A stretch of DNA of 63,921 bases, the filler included, from Sluysia triapertura (taxonomy: Eukaryota), in NCBI GenBank assembly GCA_046118255.1. It is 5 parts of 5 records of this genome, joined end to end, with 100 filler letters (N's around TTAATTAATTAA, not from the genome) between each part and the next. Parts side by side here need not be neighbours in the genome. Positions count along the whole stretch, not along the records: positions 1 to 12,311 come from JBJNIA010120638.1; positions 12,412 to 26,490 come from JBJNIA010006662.1; 3 more parts are not named here. One strand, 5' to 3'. A program made the position numbers and the translations under genes. Below the pieces are notes generated by a model, which worked only from the letters and a program-made list of their open reading frames with translations, was not told the DNA's origin and ran no database searches. Positions within the stretch are counted from its first letter, which is position 1. The number at the start of each line of letters is the position of its first letter. Below are positions 11,721 to 25,330 of the stretch, one piece after another.

Positions 11721-12311
11721 AATATTTTTAACATTTTTTAAACTAAAATTAATTAAATTTATGAAAACTAATATTAATATTCGAATTTATACTCTAACAT
11801 AATTTTCCCTCAGGGAAATATTAGTCCCTAATTTTAAAATAAAAATACATAAAATATCAAAGAAATCATAAAAGATAAAACGTAAGAACCAAAATGAATT
11901 AATTGTTAAAAATAGCGTCAACATCAAAAATGTCATAGTCATTATCAAAATCCCAATTAATATTATTGTCATCAAATAGTTCATCAGCTGACATTATTTC
12001 CTTCTCCACTGTTTCGTCTACAGAATCCTTCGCTTCTTTGTTGTAGTCACACTGTCCATGTCATTTAATGTAGTAAGGGTTATATTTTTATGTTTCACGC
12101 TTTTATGTGGAAGTCCTTGTGAAGTATTTGTATTATGTAATAGAGAAGATTGATTATTTAATTGTTGATTAATTATTTGCGGTAAAAATGATGCATCTTT
12201 CTGCTTAATTTACTCAAAAAGTGATATATAATTCTGTGCCAATTTCGTGCAAGTATCTCTTGGTGGAAATGGATACAAAAGTTTTAATACTTTCCTAGCA
12301 CGATTTGATGG

Positions 12312-12411
12312 NNNNNNNNNNNNNNNNNNNNNNNNNNNNNNNNNNNNNNNNNNNNTTAATTAATTAANNNNNNNNNNNNNNNNNNNNNNNNNNNNNNNNN
12401 NNNNNNNNNNN
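12312..12411. other. Artificial contig linker N44-TTAATTAATTAA-N44
   Basis: Identical 100-bp spacer whose core gives stops in all six frames. Confidence 0.97.
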
Positions 12412-12458
<47 letters not shown>

Positions 12459-13571
12459 TCAAAAATATTAGAATGAGTTTATTTGAGGTTAATTCAAATC
12501 ATTCAGTTTTATTAATGTTTAAGTTTCAACTATTTAACACCTTATTTCAATTGTTAAAAAAATGAAAAATGGTAGATCATAGTTATTGAAAATTCTACTT
12601 AGCTGTAAGACAGCAATAAATAGAAAACTACTTCACTAAGATATAGTATCAAAATATGAAAAAAATGGAAATATCTGCACAAGATATATAAATAAACAAT
12701 AATAACGAGAAATGGACAAGACGTATTATACTCTCTCTTATGAATTTAAAATTTATATTTTATTTTATTTAGATATTGTGCTTACTGTTGACAGAATATC
12801 TAATGACACAAATCCAGTTTCTTTGTGAGCACTTGAGAACTATTATTATCAATTACGAAAAATGCATTCTAATATATGTATTTATTTTATAAATGTGATT
12901 TGTTTTATACTTATTAGAAATATTTTACAGATAGAATTTCAGTTTTTTATGTAATTTGAATAATCATTTTTAAATTATTAACAAGTCAACCTAACATTAT
13001 GGGAAAAAATGAAATATAAAATTTGTATTTGAATAAATAAAATGTTTATCAAATAATTTTGAACTTATTTCTTTGTATTTTGATTAATATCGGTGTTTAC
13101 TAACCATAATTCTTGTATGTTTTTATTCTTTGATTATTTTATGAATAGTATAAAGATTGTACATACTTATGTATATTTTTGAATATACATTTATATTTTA
13201 TTATTTAAAATTGTGCATATATATTATATTTTATGTACTATTTATTTTAAAATCATTATTTATTTAAAAAATTATTAAAGTTATATCTAAAAATTATAAT
13301 TAAAAATTTTACTAAAATTATAAATTAAATTAAATTATTTTAAATAATAAAGAAAGTTCCAGAAAGATAAATAATATGGCTTCCAATAGCCAACTTAGTA
13401 TAGAATTGCTTTGTCTCAATTAATAACACACAATTCACGATTTACAACTACAACTACTGCAACGCTCCATAGTAATAGCAATTAGTTAAATTTCTTCGAT
13501 TTAAGTTATCTGTACAATTCAATTCACTTAATTCATCGTCAAAAAATTAATCACGTTGATACTTGGCAGAA

Positions 13572-13774
13572 CCCTTAAACACGTTTTTAAATTTTGCGAC
13601 CGCTGTGGTTGTGAGGTTATTTGTATTGAGCAGTTTGAGTTCCATCCGTATGCAATATGTGGCGCAAATAGTCGTGTTGAGCAGGAAACCATTTTAAATC
13701 ATTATGCGAAAATACTCGCTCGGAGCGCATGAGACATTATTTTTACGAATATATACGTTAGAACAACAAAAGGG
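13572..13774. mobile_element. Possible piggyBac-like MITE
   Basis: GC-richer 200-bp block bounded by ccctt...aaggg, with TTAA on the right flank only. Confidence 0.3.
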
Positions 13775-13857
13775 TTAATCAGTTCACAAGAATGAGAAAT
13801 ATTTTAGTAATTGAATCCTACGTTGTTTTTTTTTGGTATTAAACTCATCCGTTAGAT

Positions 13858-14103
13858 CACGGTTTCTCAACCGTTTGGTGGCGTTAAATTCTTTATGGAA
13901 CTCGCGGCTTAGTATAAATAATATATTATAACATAAATATAAACTACGTACAAAAACAATTAATTTATACACTCAAAATGCTAATTAGCGCCAATAGCAT
14001 GTCTTTTTTATTTCTTAGCATTCCTTTATGTAATAAAAAATTGGGTCGCAGAACAATCTGAAAAAATTTTATTGGGCCGCGGGGTAGAGGTTGAGAAATG
14101 CTG
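13858..14103. mobile_element. hAT/Charlie-like MITE
   Basis: Termini cacggtttctcaacc / ggttgagaaatgctg. The right flank atctagac fits the NTCTAGAN target preference. Confidence 0.65.
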
Positions 14104-14709
14104 ATCTAGACGATCTATTCCTTACACAAGAATGAAAATGGCCACCAAGTCCTAAATTAACTAAATTACTTTTTTACTCGTGAGCCGAATTTATATAATG
14201 GATGGTATTACATTTATAATAGTTACCAAAGTCAGTTGGGCGGTAAAATTTAGTGTTTGTAAATTTTACATATCGAATAATTAAGAAAAGTTTCGTTCTA
14301 AGAAGACGGAACTTTTCTACTCGGTAAAGAAGTTTACTTAGACCAAGTTATATCGAATATGTTTTAGATTTAGATCAAGGTAGCAATAAAAAGATTTGGG
14401 GAAATATCAGCTTAGAATGTTTGATTTCAGACACAAATCATATCATTTTATACTGCTCTAATATCTTATACACTCAACATCTGTCATTTACCGTAATCTT
14501 GAGATAATTTGTCGCTTTCCGGTAGTTGGTTGTATATTTTTGAAGCATAACTTATATATAATCTGTCACTTTTTCCTCATTTCTCCAAAAGATATTCAGG
14601 ATTTGTCTAAAATACGCATTTATAAACTGCAGTCCGAAAAATTTTTATTGCATTATTAAAACTCGAAATTTACCGAAACATCGATAAATAATATACGTGC
14701 TTTATTCAG

Positions 14710-14939
14710 GTAGCAGAAAGAGCACTTTTCTATTGGAATAATGAATACGTTGTGTCGATGATTGAAGAAAATAATGAAGTACTGATGCCGATTTTGTTTC
14801 CAGCATTTTATCGGATTTCTCGGGAACACTGGAATCAAACAATTGTCAACTTGGTGTTCAATATTATGAAGAATCTGATGGATGTTAATACGAAGCTGTT
14901 TGATGATCTCAATAAGCAATACAAGCAAATCACTCAGAT
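14710..14939 (+). CDS. PPP2R5: PP2A B56 (B') regulatory subunit, penultimate exon
   Basis: VAERALFYWNNEYVVSMIEENNEVLMPILFPAFYRISREHWNQTIVNLVFNIMKNLMDVNTKLFDDL is the conserved B56 C-terminal region. Acceptor ttcag, donor gttagt. Confidence 0.95.
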
Positions 14940-16458
14940 GTTAGTTGTTTTTTTCTTTATTTATTTATCTTTAATAATTTCTGGATTAATTTTCATAGAA
15001 TTCTTTTTTCATGGTTATAGAGAGCTTTCGCGAAAACTGTGATTGTGTATCCCCTACATCTTTTTGGTTGCTATTAACTTAGTAGTCTCGCAAAATCAAT
15101 ATGAACGCACTAATTCGGAAACAAATAACCATCAGCAGTTTTCGAAAGTATTTGCAGTCATATTAATGAAACTTCTTGAATATGAATACTCTGAAACGAT
15201 GAAAGCATTTCCACTATGAAGAATAATTATTTGAAATTAATTTTTCGCGAATTATCTGATGAATTAGTATCTAAAACTAACACTAATAAATTATGTGAAT
15301 ATCGATGAACGTGCAGAAGACAGTAGAAATATTTCGGAGAAGTCATGTTTTCAGTAATCAGTAGATTGATTTTCATCTGATGCTATTAATTTCTTAGATA
15401 TTTTAGATCATATAATTTATTTTTGTAATAATATCGATACATTGCTAAAATTCCAAATCATCCGTGGAAGTTCCGAAAATTGTTTAAATACCATGGAACA
15501 TATAAAGACAGTAAAAGGCAGTTTCTTTTATTTTTTAGAGTATTAATAAAGATGGAATTAGTCCAAAAGCGTCTTCGTAGTTTTATATCTACATCTCTTA
15601 ATGTATCAGGTTAGAGCAAGCATGCGTCCATTTGTGTTCACAGACCACATCATCCAATGGTTAAAAATCAATTCCATCAAATTATCCCAGAACCTTTGCA
15701 AATAAATTCTCCTTCTGTGGAAACAGTTATTATTGGTCATGAAAATTACCATTTATGTATAAATATTTCAGTAAACATAAATTTTATTTCAATTCAATAA
15801 AAACAAAATATCTAAAGCCAGATAAAAATAAGGAAATTAAAAACTTGATCTTCTCCACGTCGAGTACGAATTCACAAACGCACACATTCTATATATTTCT
15901 TTAGCACTCATATTTTGATTTATAATTTTTTGAATACAATATTTTAACATATGTTAAGTCTTTTATTCATGAACCTGAAAGGTCTATAAGATCTTCAGAA
16001 CTAATAAGATCATGAATTTGGTGTTTTTTCAATAATCACTCCACAATATTCGGGTAGCTACTCAGTCCTGACCCTTTTTGAGAATTCTACTACCTGACTT
16101 CATCCTAGCGCTAAATAAATTTAACAATTATTATATACGAAAACTTGAATGGTTGTTAAACTTAGAAAATTATTTCAAATGAAAATGCTAAAGGTGTATC
16201 TTTTTACACACCTTTGATAGAAATAGCGATAATTGTAGTTTTGTATTTCATTATTAATAATAGAGATAATAATTATAGTATCAAATTTATATTTATAGTA
16301 TCTGCATGAGATGAGCTGAGTTGACTTCTATTTTACTTCTACAAATTATCCATTATTTTTCTCTTAATGGTGTGGCGGCTTGTGTGTGAAGTGTGTGGAG
16401 CCAGCAATTACTAAATCGAAATATAATTTATGTGAAATATTGATACAAATATATCGTA

Positions 16459-16943
16459 AAATGGTGGCCAAGTTATTAGACTAAAGACAATCATTTTTGT
16501 GATAAAATTCAACATTTTTCAAGGATACTATGAAATTATGAATCAAAAATGTGTATAAAAACATTGTCACGGAAAATGTAAAATGTTGGAAAATAACTAT
16601 TTTCTCTGAAAGTAAAATAATAGATCAAAATAGTGAGATAAAAAACATACAGAAATTTTATTCATGTAGAATGTGAATGTCTGCTCTTCTTTGTTGTACT
16701 GATCCTTAAGGCATGCCTCGGATGAGTTTGGGCAGAAGTCTTTGATCTCGGCATACTTTTAACAGGGTTTCAATAAGTTCCGTCCTGATGGTTGGTGTAT
16801 GGGTAGAAACTTCTTTTGACAATCTCCCATAGATTTTCTATGTGATTTATATTTGGAAAGTTTCCAGGCCAGGATAGCAAATGTTAAGAAAACCAAAAAA
16901 CAACATATTTTTCCTGTTTTAGTCTAATAATTTGCCACCACTG
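16459..16943 (-). mobile_element. Internally deleted Tc1-like transposon in the B56 intron
   Basis: TIRs tggtggccaagttattagactaaa / tttagtctaataatttgccaccactg. The minus strand reads WPGNFPNINHIENLWE (Tc1 WPxxSPDLNPIENLW motif). Confidence 0.85.
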
Positions 16944-17071
16944 CATTTATTATTAAGAGAATTAATCTAAATTTCTAAATAATTGTCATTACGCAATGGG
17001 TCAACCAGTTTGTCTACTGTAAAAGATAATCCAATTTCGGAATACTGATGCAATAAAATGAAATTTTTCAG

Positions 17072-17261
17072 GGAACAGAAGCGTGAAAAAGATCGTGATG
17101 ATCTTTGGTGTTACTTGGAAGAAATCAATTCGAAATTGGAAGAACAAAGAGCCAAAGGTTTGACGAATAATAGCGGTTATGCAAATTTTACAGATAAAAA
17201 AATCAGTTGTGATGGTGATACCACAGGAAGTAGTTGTTCTTCGAGTACTACTAACAAATGA
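17072..17261 (+). CDS. PPP2R5: PP2A B56 regulatory subunit, terminal exon
   Basis: Acceptor ttttcag. The phase matches the previous exon (at|g = Met). EQKREKDRDDLWCYLEE matches the B56 R-x-x-x-W-x-x-L-E tail. Stop TGA at 17259-17261. Confidence 0.9.
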
Positions 17262-19675
17262 AGCTTGAAGTTAATGTAATAGTGATGATGCTGATTATTT
17301 CTAATGCGTTGAAATATACATTCTGTTTTTTTGTATCTATGAACGATTAAGTTATTATTATCATTATTTTTATTATTGTAGTCGAAAATCTTTATTAATT
17401 TGCTTTCATTTACTATCTATTGCTCATTGGTTGATTTTATTTTATTGAAATTTTATTGGTTATTCATAAAACAAAAATAATGAATAATTTATGAAAATGA
17501 TAATTTTAAACATTTATTTGGAAAAATATATCTTTTAAGAAAACGTACAAAATTCACAAAAGAAGTATGCCCTTTTTAATTTAATCTTTGTTTGTTTACT
17601 CTCAATTTCATTTCCGATTTTACAAATTAGTATCGTTCAAATGTTACTGTAACTGACTGATCAGCTCCGAAGTACCAACAAAGAAACGATACAAAGGATT
17701 TTGTAAAATGCTTACTTTGACAAGAGTTTCAGTAAAATGTGCATTAGATTCGAAAATGTGAAACTTTGATGGTGTGGCAACAAAGATTTGACGTGATTGT
17801 TAATTAAAAATAAGATTCGAAAATGAATATTTGAGTTACTATATAAAGAAAATCGAAATAAACTTTATCAACTCATGAATGTATTTGTTTACATTAACAC
17901 TTACTAATGCTGAACAGATTTCATATTTCATTTTTTGTCTCTAAAATTCGAAAAATACGTTTTTAATTAATTTAAACTAATTATCGGATCAATTATTTTT
18001 AAAGATATTCGACTATATCTATTATACATATTAATACGTACTACTCTGGAACACATTATTTCATATAAACGAACTTTATTTTCATATTGTATCAGTGTCT
18101 AAAATTAGTGTTACATAAACAATGAATATTCTTCTATTTTGTTAATGCTTTGAAGTTTGCACAACTTTTGAATATATCAATCAAGTCATAGAATTTCGAA
18201 AAAAGGTAGCCAATTTTCTTTAGATACTGATTAAAATTGCAATTATTATTATTATTACTATTGTAAAGCAAGGAAATAAAAATAGTACATTTGTATTTTA
18301 TTAAGTGCTTCTATCTATTTACATTTAATTGATACATCACAAAATTGGAACGAAAAAGAGAATTCTGATTTATATTATCGAGTTTGAATGGAATATTTGA
18401 AATAAGTTCTTTACATCTTTATTAATACAATGAATGAGTACTTTTTCAGAGATTTTCAGAAAGTTTTCACTCAAAAAGGTCTTTGGACATATCGGACCTA
18501 GATGTGCTGCTGATTCATTGTGTTTCCGGTAATTTGGGTCGGTGTTTTTGGGAAATAAATGTTTGTTCTAAAGTTAATCATAATTGTGTGAGACTTCGTA
18601 TCTCTGAACTTGAAATAAGTTATTAAAATAATATTCTTTTAGAACTTAACTGAATTTGTATCGGGTGAATGTTTACATAAATTAATCATTTTTGTTAAAT
18701 CATTTAATTATAGAAACTTGGCTGATCCTGACAAAGTCCTAAAAAGTGATTCTATTATCGTCTTTCATATTTTATTCATTGCTTGATCATCGTACATGAT
18801 TTATTGCAAGTTTAGTTGTTTGATGTATTTATTTTAAAATTAGTAAATATAATAATAAAATCAATATTCCTTGCTTTATTGTTTTTTAGTATTAATATGT
18901 TTTGTGAATGATTTTTTAAGCCAAAATTTTAAATTACTAAGAAATTACTGAAAATAATGATAATTTGAGGACAATTATTTCATTTGCAGCTAAATTTAGT
19001 ATCACAGTTGCTTATTGGTTTACTTTGAATCAACGAAATGCAACAACAAATATTTTACTTTTTATATGTGCACTTGATAATACAAAATGTTTCTTTATTG
19101 TTTTATTTTTAATTATTTATCGTTTTTATAAAATACAGGACAATTCTTATTATCTACGACACTAAATATTTGATGTGGCAAGTACATTTCTATTACTTCA
19201 ATAGATTCTTTATCGTCTAGTCTAATAATAGCAAATCTACTAATAATTGTAGCTGATTGTACATTTTTTGAAAAATATTCTTTTCCATGGATTCTCAGTC
19301 ATGATGAACAATTAATTACTGCTATTGGATCTTCTTTTTTCACAGTACGGCTTTGTTGCACAATGTTTATTGTTTTTTCGAAAAATTGTTTATTATGTGT
19401 ATATGAAGTTTATATTTTAAAAATAAACACATTTTAGTAACTACAACAGTATTTTGTTTATCACTGAATTGAATAAGTAAACATGTTTTATGATATTCGA
19501 TAATATGGTTTATTTTAAAACAGGTGATTTCTATTTAGTTTTTGCTAACGTTAATAAATAGTTGTTTTGTAATTTGTTTATGGGAATGAGGTGATGTGGT
19601 TGGTGTGAATTCACTTTATATGGAATTTCAGGCAACAACAGCGTATGATTGACTATAATAATCTAAACTTGTTAT

Positions 19676-19740
19676 GCGGGAATGGTACCTCAGTGGGTAG
19701 TGCAGCGAGAGGTCTTGAATTTGATTCCGCTCAGTGCAGT
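19676..19740 (+). repeat. Degenerate tRNA-derived SINE or pseudo-tRNA
   Basis: A-box-like tacctcagtggg and B-box-like gaatttgattcc; no complete cloverleaf. Confidence 0.35.
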
Positions 19741-20684
19741 TTATAAAGTCTACTTTTAATTTGTATAATTTTAACCAAATACGCGATAATTCAGGCTCTG
19801 GTAACATTCGTCATTTCAATTGAATTTCAAATATATTCAATATTTTTGGGGAGATTAATTAATTCAATGATCTCAAACTCAGATTGCGAGTGAGCCGTAT
19901 TTTCTCCGAGTCTAGAACTATCGTGCATTCTAAAATTTGATATTGGTCTACTTTGGTGAGAAAAAATATATTGTTTAAAACAGTCATTCGAAAGCATTTG
20001 TAAAACTTATAAGCAAAATAGTTAGTTAAAATAATAAATTACTAAGTTAAATATTGCCATGGATCGCAATTTTGAGACAACTAAGATAAGATATAATGCT
20101 AATAATGTTAAGATATCAGAAAGCGTTAGGTGCATGTTACAATGCTTACGGTTACAAGCTAAGGATTTGCAAATTACAAAGCATTTTAAACAAGTTATAA
20201 AGCAATGCTATGTGTAGAAATTACAAAAATAATAATTGTAATATTATCAATTGGTTAAAGGTAAAGAAGAATGCAAGGGTTATAACTCATTGTTTGAAAA
20301 TAAAATAGGTATTATTGAGGAATCACGAGGTACTTCATTACGATGAATTGTGATAAGAAAGTCTGTGCATGAAATATTTATATCAAAGCAGAAGAATGAA
20401 AAATACGAAAAAAGAACCCTTTATAAGATTAAAGTAATTAATTTGTTAATTAATTTAAGCAAAAGTAGTTTAATTTGATAATTTAGTTATAAATGTTTGC
20501 TCATGAAAAAGTAACATTAGAATTTGCGTATAATGCTGGATTTTATTAGTATACTTAATGTTGAAATGTCGAAGAGATATTAGTTATATTAATTAGTTTC
20601 AATAATCTAAAATTAAATCTATATGTTTCAGTATAATTAAAGTATGCAATAAATTGATACTCATGACGATACCAACTCCAACAT

Positions 20685-20870
20685 GTTATTGAAATTGACG
20701 TACGACGTACGGTTGACGCATATATATGATGTATTATGTAAAAGATTTCTATAAAATATAAATTAATCTTTGATAAATTTTATTTTTATTTTAAGTTGAT
20801 ATATTATGTTAATAACAGAATATTAATGTAAATTTTGATTCACTTATGTTGAAAAGACAAGGGATTGTTT
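20685..20870 (+). mobile_element. LTR retroelement 3' internal end (TGACG-rich motif plus polypurine tract), copy A
   Basis: Homologous to 61577-61745 and 40436-40620; ends in gaaaagacaaggga-ttgt. Confidence 0.55.
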
Positions 20871-21689
20871 ATCACAAATGCCTTTATCTTTGGTTAATTG
20901 TAGGAAACAATGAAATTGGAAACCGTCGGAAATTACTACCGAAATTTAAGTTTTAAAATTGGTCGGATTATAGTTTTATAATTAGGAAACTATTTGTGAA
21001 TAGTTTTATAATTATTTTCGTCTTTTCTAATTTTCAATCTCTTAAGTGATAACTCAAATGCTACATAAACTATCAGATTTCCGTAATAAAATCTGGATAA
21101 GATAGCTGGAAAACAAGTTTATAAAACTTTGTAAATAATAAAATTAGTAAATTATTTTCTAGTAATTTTTTATTAATATGTAAAAAATGTAAATATTAGG
21201 ATATTTTTTCTATTAAATCTATAAAATTAAAATTAAAAATGTAAATATATTTGTAATTTATAAAAATAAAAAGTTAAAACTTTATTTAATCAAAGAATTA
21301 ATTATATTGTAAAAATGGATTATTTATCGAACGGATACGTATTATTTATCTGAAATAAAATGTATAAAATTATTTTTAAAGGATGTTTATTTGATTTATA
21401 TGAAATTATTATTTGCTAATAAACAAAAAATTTATTTATTCATCAAATTGAAAATCTATTATTACGTAAAAATAAACGGACATTCGAAAATTATTTAATT
21501 ATTTAGGTAAAGGAAATTATTAATTTAAATATTTATTTTATGTTTAGAGTATTTTTGAATTTATTAAAATCGGATATTTATACTATAAAGCATTGATAGA
21601 AAAAGTATATAAAGATACAGAAGTTTGTATAAGCTCGCACAAAAAAAATAAAAGGAAGTTTTTTAAAAAATTAATTTTGAATAACGATT

Positions 21690-21800
21690 TTGGTTCGATA
21701 TATTTGGTCGATTTATAATTGGTTTTATACATACTTGGTTCGATATATTTGTTCGATTTATAATTGGTTTTATACATACTTGGTTCAATATATTTGGGTC
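21690..21800. repeat. 45-bp tandem repeat (~2.3 copies) built from ~15-bp subunits
   Basis: ttggttcgatatattt..tcgatttataattggttttatacatac repeated. This explains the repetitive ORF 21583-21837. Confidence 0.85.
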
Positions 21801-23876
21801 GATTTGATAAAATATATTTGTTCAATTTATTCGGCAATACGTACGTTTTGATTTAACTCACAATTATTCCAATTCAACTTGGTTGTATTCCATATTATTT
21901 GGCTCAATCGTATTCAGTGGAAACCAGCAGACAATCTTTTCATTAAAATTTTAAGTAAGCTTTATTTGTTAAGTTATTGACCATATTCTTTGGTCTTAAA
22001 ATAGACTTAAATTTCTTGTAGCATTTATTAGTGAAACCCAAAGGTACCCTCTGGGTCAAAATCTAACTACAAATTTAAAATTTATATTGTTATTATAATT
22101 TTATTATCTTTTATATTGCATTATTTATCCTTCTTGATCCATAAGTTCACATTATTTATTTTACTGTTATTACATTGAATTTATTAACCATAAGTCTACA
22201 TTATTTGAATTGTTGTCGTATTATTTTAGTGTTTGATATTATATCACAGTTTAATAATAAAAGTTCACAAACGAATTTTGGTTTTTTGTTAATTAGAATT
22301 AGGTAACGATTGAAAGTAAAGTATTATAAAGAATATTTAAGATAAAGTTTATTAACTAAAGAATTAAAATTAGTTTATTGACCATTATTAATATAGTTAT
22401 TGATATTACGTGTATAAAATCATAATCGCAAATAAAGAATTTGAAAAAGGATATTAAATAAAATTCAGACATACCTTGTTGACTCCCGAAGAATAATTAA
22501 GTTAAAAGTAAAAGAGTAATAAGTTTGTAAGGAATTTATAATATAAAGGATTTAAGTACTAATTTTTAGAAGAGAATATAATTAACTATTTTGTAAAGTA
22601 ATTAGTTCATACAGATATAATTGTATTGAGATAAAACAAAAGTTGTAACGAATTAGAAGAAATAAAAAGCACAAGGATAAAAATTTACTTTAAAGAACAT
22701 AAAGACAGAGAATACAGCACTCTATTGACCTTCAGTTATTTGACAAAGCTTTAAAATCCTACGTGAACATCCATTATAGGTAAATCGTTTAGCGTAGGCG
22801 GACCCAAACTCTAAAGTTCATTATTTTTTATAATTGTTCAGGTAGTAAGTAAACCGAACAACTTTATCTCTATTAAGGACGCTACTTAAACACTGTGATT
22901 AAGTACTTATCTTCGGCAAAGAATTAAAGTTTAAAAAGAGTAGTTTTATTGTTATTTTATTGCAACAATTTGGAAAATGAGTAATACAAATAATCATTTT
23001 AATAGTAATAGAAGATTATTGTTTTTGAATAATAAATAACTATAATTAGTAAAATTAATTTCGATAATAGTAGTAATTGAATTTCAACCGCAAGACTCAA
23101 TAGTTTATCGCGTCTACTGTTACAATTTTTAGTTCATTTGTATCGTGACTACTTTAGCAATTTTAATTCAAGTGTTTCGAAACGACTAACAAAATAAAAA
23201 TTAACTATATTGCCAGCAAGGTCGACAAATTATTTTATTTTGATCTGTGATTGGTAGAGAAGCGACTATTATTCAAATTATTTCATTTTCCATGCAATAT
23301 GTAAGTTTGTTCTGTTAGGTTTATCCATTTTTTAGTGAAAGGATTAATATAAGACTTAAAATCATTTTATTATTTGAGATATTTTAAGGATAGCTTTAAA
23401 ATCAAGTAAAAATATTTAAATCGATATTAGAGTAATCTTAATATTTATAAAAATCAATATTGTTTTATTGCAAAAGGGTGTGCATTTCCAAAAGAGAATT
23501 ATAATAAAACCTCACAAAAAGTAGATAAGATAATAAGTCATGCCTAGTACTTTTGACAAAGGTCACATCGGTTTTGATTTAGTAATAAGATGAAATTAGA
23601 CCTGTCTTTTCTGAAGAAATTTAATTAAGAGAAAACAATTTTGCATAGTGTTGAGGTGGAAAATAATTTTTAATTTAAAATAATTATAAAATTTTATAAA
23701 AAAACAAATAAATGCAACGAATATATTTATAATTCAAATCTATAAAGAAATATCTAATTGTAATTTTAATACTATCATTTTAATACTTTAATTTCTCATT
23801 GTTTTCTCCGTTTCTCGAATAGCACAACAAAATGTGATGGAAAATGCCATACCAAAGAGCTAAATATTTAATAATA

Positions 23877-23907
<31 letters not shown>

Positions 23908-24343
23908 ATTTAATTTTGATCAAGAATAACTTAATAACTTAGTTTGAAATTTCGATAAATTTAATAATCACAAAATCAAAATACAAATTATTACAAGTTT
24001 TTCGATTTGTTACTTCTTTAGTGACTCCTTATTACTGTCCAATTTATTTCAATCTAGTATTAAATTTAAAATTTGATAATAACAAAAAGATTCGAACTCA
24101 GTTATATTCAATACAACAGAAATATATTATGGTTCATTTAAAAAGAAATAATACACAATCATAATTTACACAGATAGTATAGTATAAAGGTCGACGCAAA
24201 ACAAAAACTAAATTATTCTTTCAAATTAAAAACTTCCAAAAAATGGTTTTAAATTTTATAAATAAAGAGGAAATTCCCAAAGAAAAGTGGTAAACTTTAA
24301 CAAATAAATGAAGTGGGAATTTCTCCGGAAATATTTGTAAATA

Positions 24344-25330
24344 CAGTCAACCCTGTTCAATATGAAAAGAGTTTAATATGAAAATTAAGTCAAAAATTAT
24401 TGAAAATCATATTTTGAACAATGAAACAATAATTAGTGTAAAATAAATTAATAATTTCTCCATTTTTTGTTTAAATATTCATTTTAACTGTCTTTTATGA
24501 ACATGAAAAATACAAATCTAAAACGAAAGAGAAAGGATTTAAGGATGACGTTAACAATTTTTCAAGATTGGCTAAAAGATTTGAACATTAAATTAAAAGC
24601 AGAGGAGCGGATCATTTTATTATTGTTAGACAACGCACCTATTCATCAAATGTGTCATCTCTTATTTAACCTCTTGATCAAGGTATTATAAAAGTTTTAA
24701 AGACTATTATAAGAAGTTTTTAAGCATGTCAATGAATTTTAATTTAGATAATAATGTTACACAAGTGTTATGGTACAAAAAGTTTGATTTGTATCAAGCA
24801 TTGGTTTAGATTTCGAAAGCATGGAATAGTGTAAAACTAGCGATTATCTCTAATTGTTTTATCGAGTTTTTCGAAAATGCGTATGTTAAAGAATTTAATG
24901 CTGAATGTGATGATTTTCCATGTTTTGAGATCAATCCAAAATTTGATGCACATTTTTTGTTTGATCTAATAGAGGAGTATGAAAAAGAAAGTTCTAAAAT
25001 AGAAAAAACAAATGATAATTATGTTGAAGAGGTAGAAGATGCAGCTTTGACAGGATACGAAGCCTATGAATATGCAACAAAACTTGAAAAATACTTTCAA
25101 GCTAATATTCCTGGAAAGATGAACAAAATATGGGATCAGATTGATGAAATTCAAGGAGAAAAAGCATCTAGGCAATTAAAAATCAGGTGTCAAAGAAATA
25201 AAAATTGTAATAAATAGGTATAATAAATACAATTTTTCTGGAAATCTTTGTTATTGTTATGTTAATGAATGTTCATATTATTTTTAATATGAACAAATGA
25301 AAAAATTTGTACGCTAATCTTCATATTGCG
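24344..25330 (+). mobile_element. pogo/Tigger-like DNA transposon remnant (DDE_1 transposase pseudogene)
   Basis: MTLTIFQDWLKDLN...ILLLLDNAPIH, then PLDQGIIK.LK..Y and ISKAWNSV. The left end is TA-cagtcaaccct; the right end is uncertain. Confidence 0.85.

Noticed and set aside
11990-12311. Minus-strand coding-like relic at the contig end
   Set aside because: Interrupted, truncated by the linker, and no recognisable motif.
12356-12367. TTAATTAATTAA palindrome recurring four times
   Set aside because: Assembly spacer within N runs, not biological.
14656-14928. Minus-strand 90-aa ORF
   Set aside because: Antisense shadow of the PP2A B56 exon.
19676-19740. Functional tRNA gene
   Set aside because: Only degenerate A and B boxes; I could not fold a cloverleaf.
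21583-21837. ORF with KYIEPSMYKTNYKS repeats, or a CRISPR-like array
   Set aside because: Plain 45-bp tandem repeat with no unique spacers, in a eukaryotic context.
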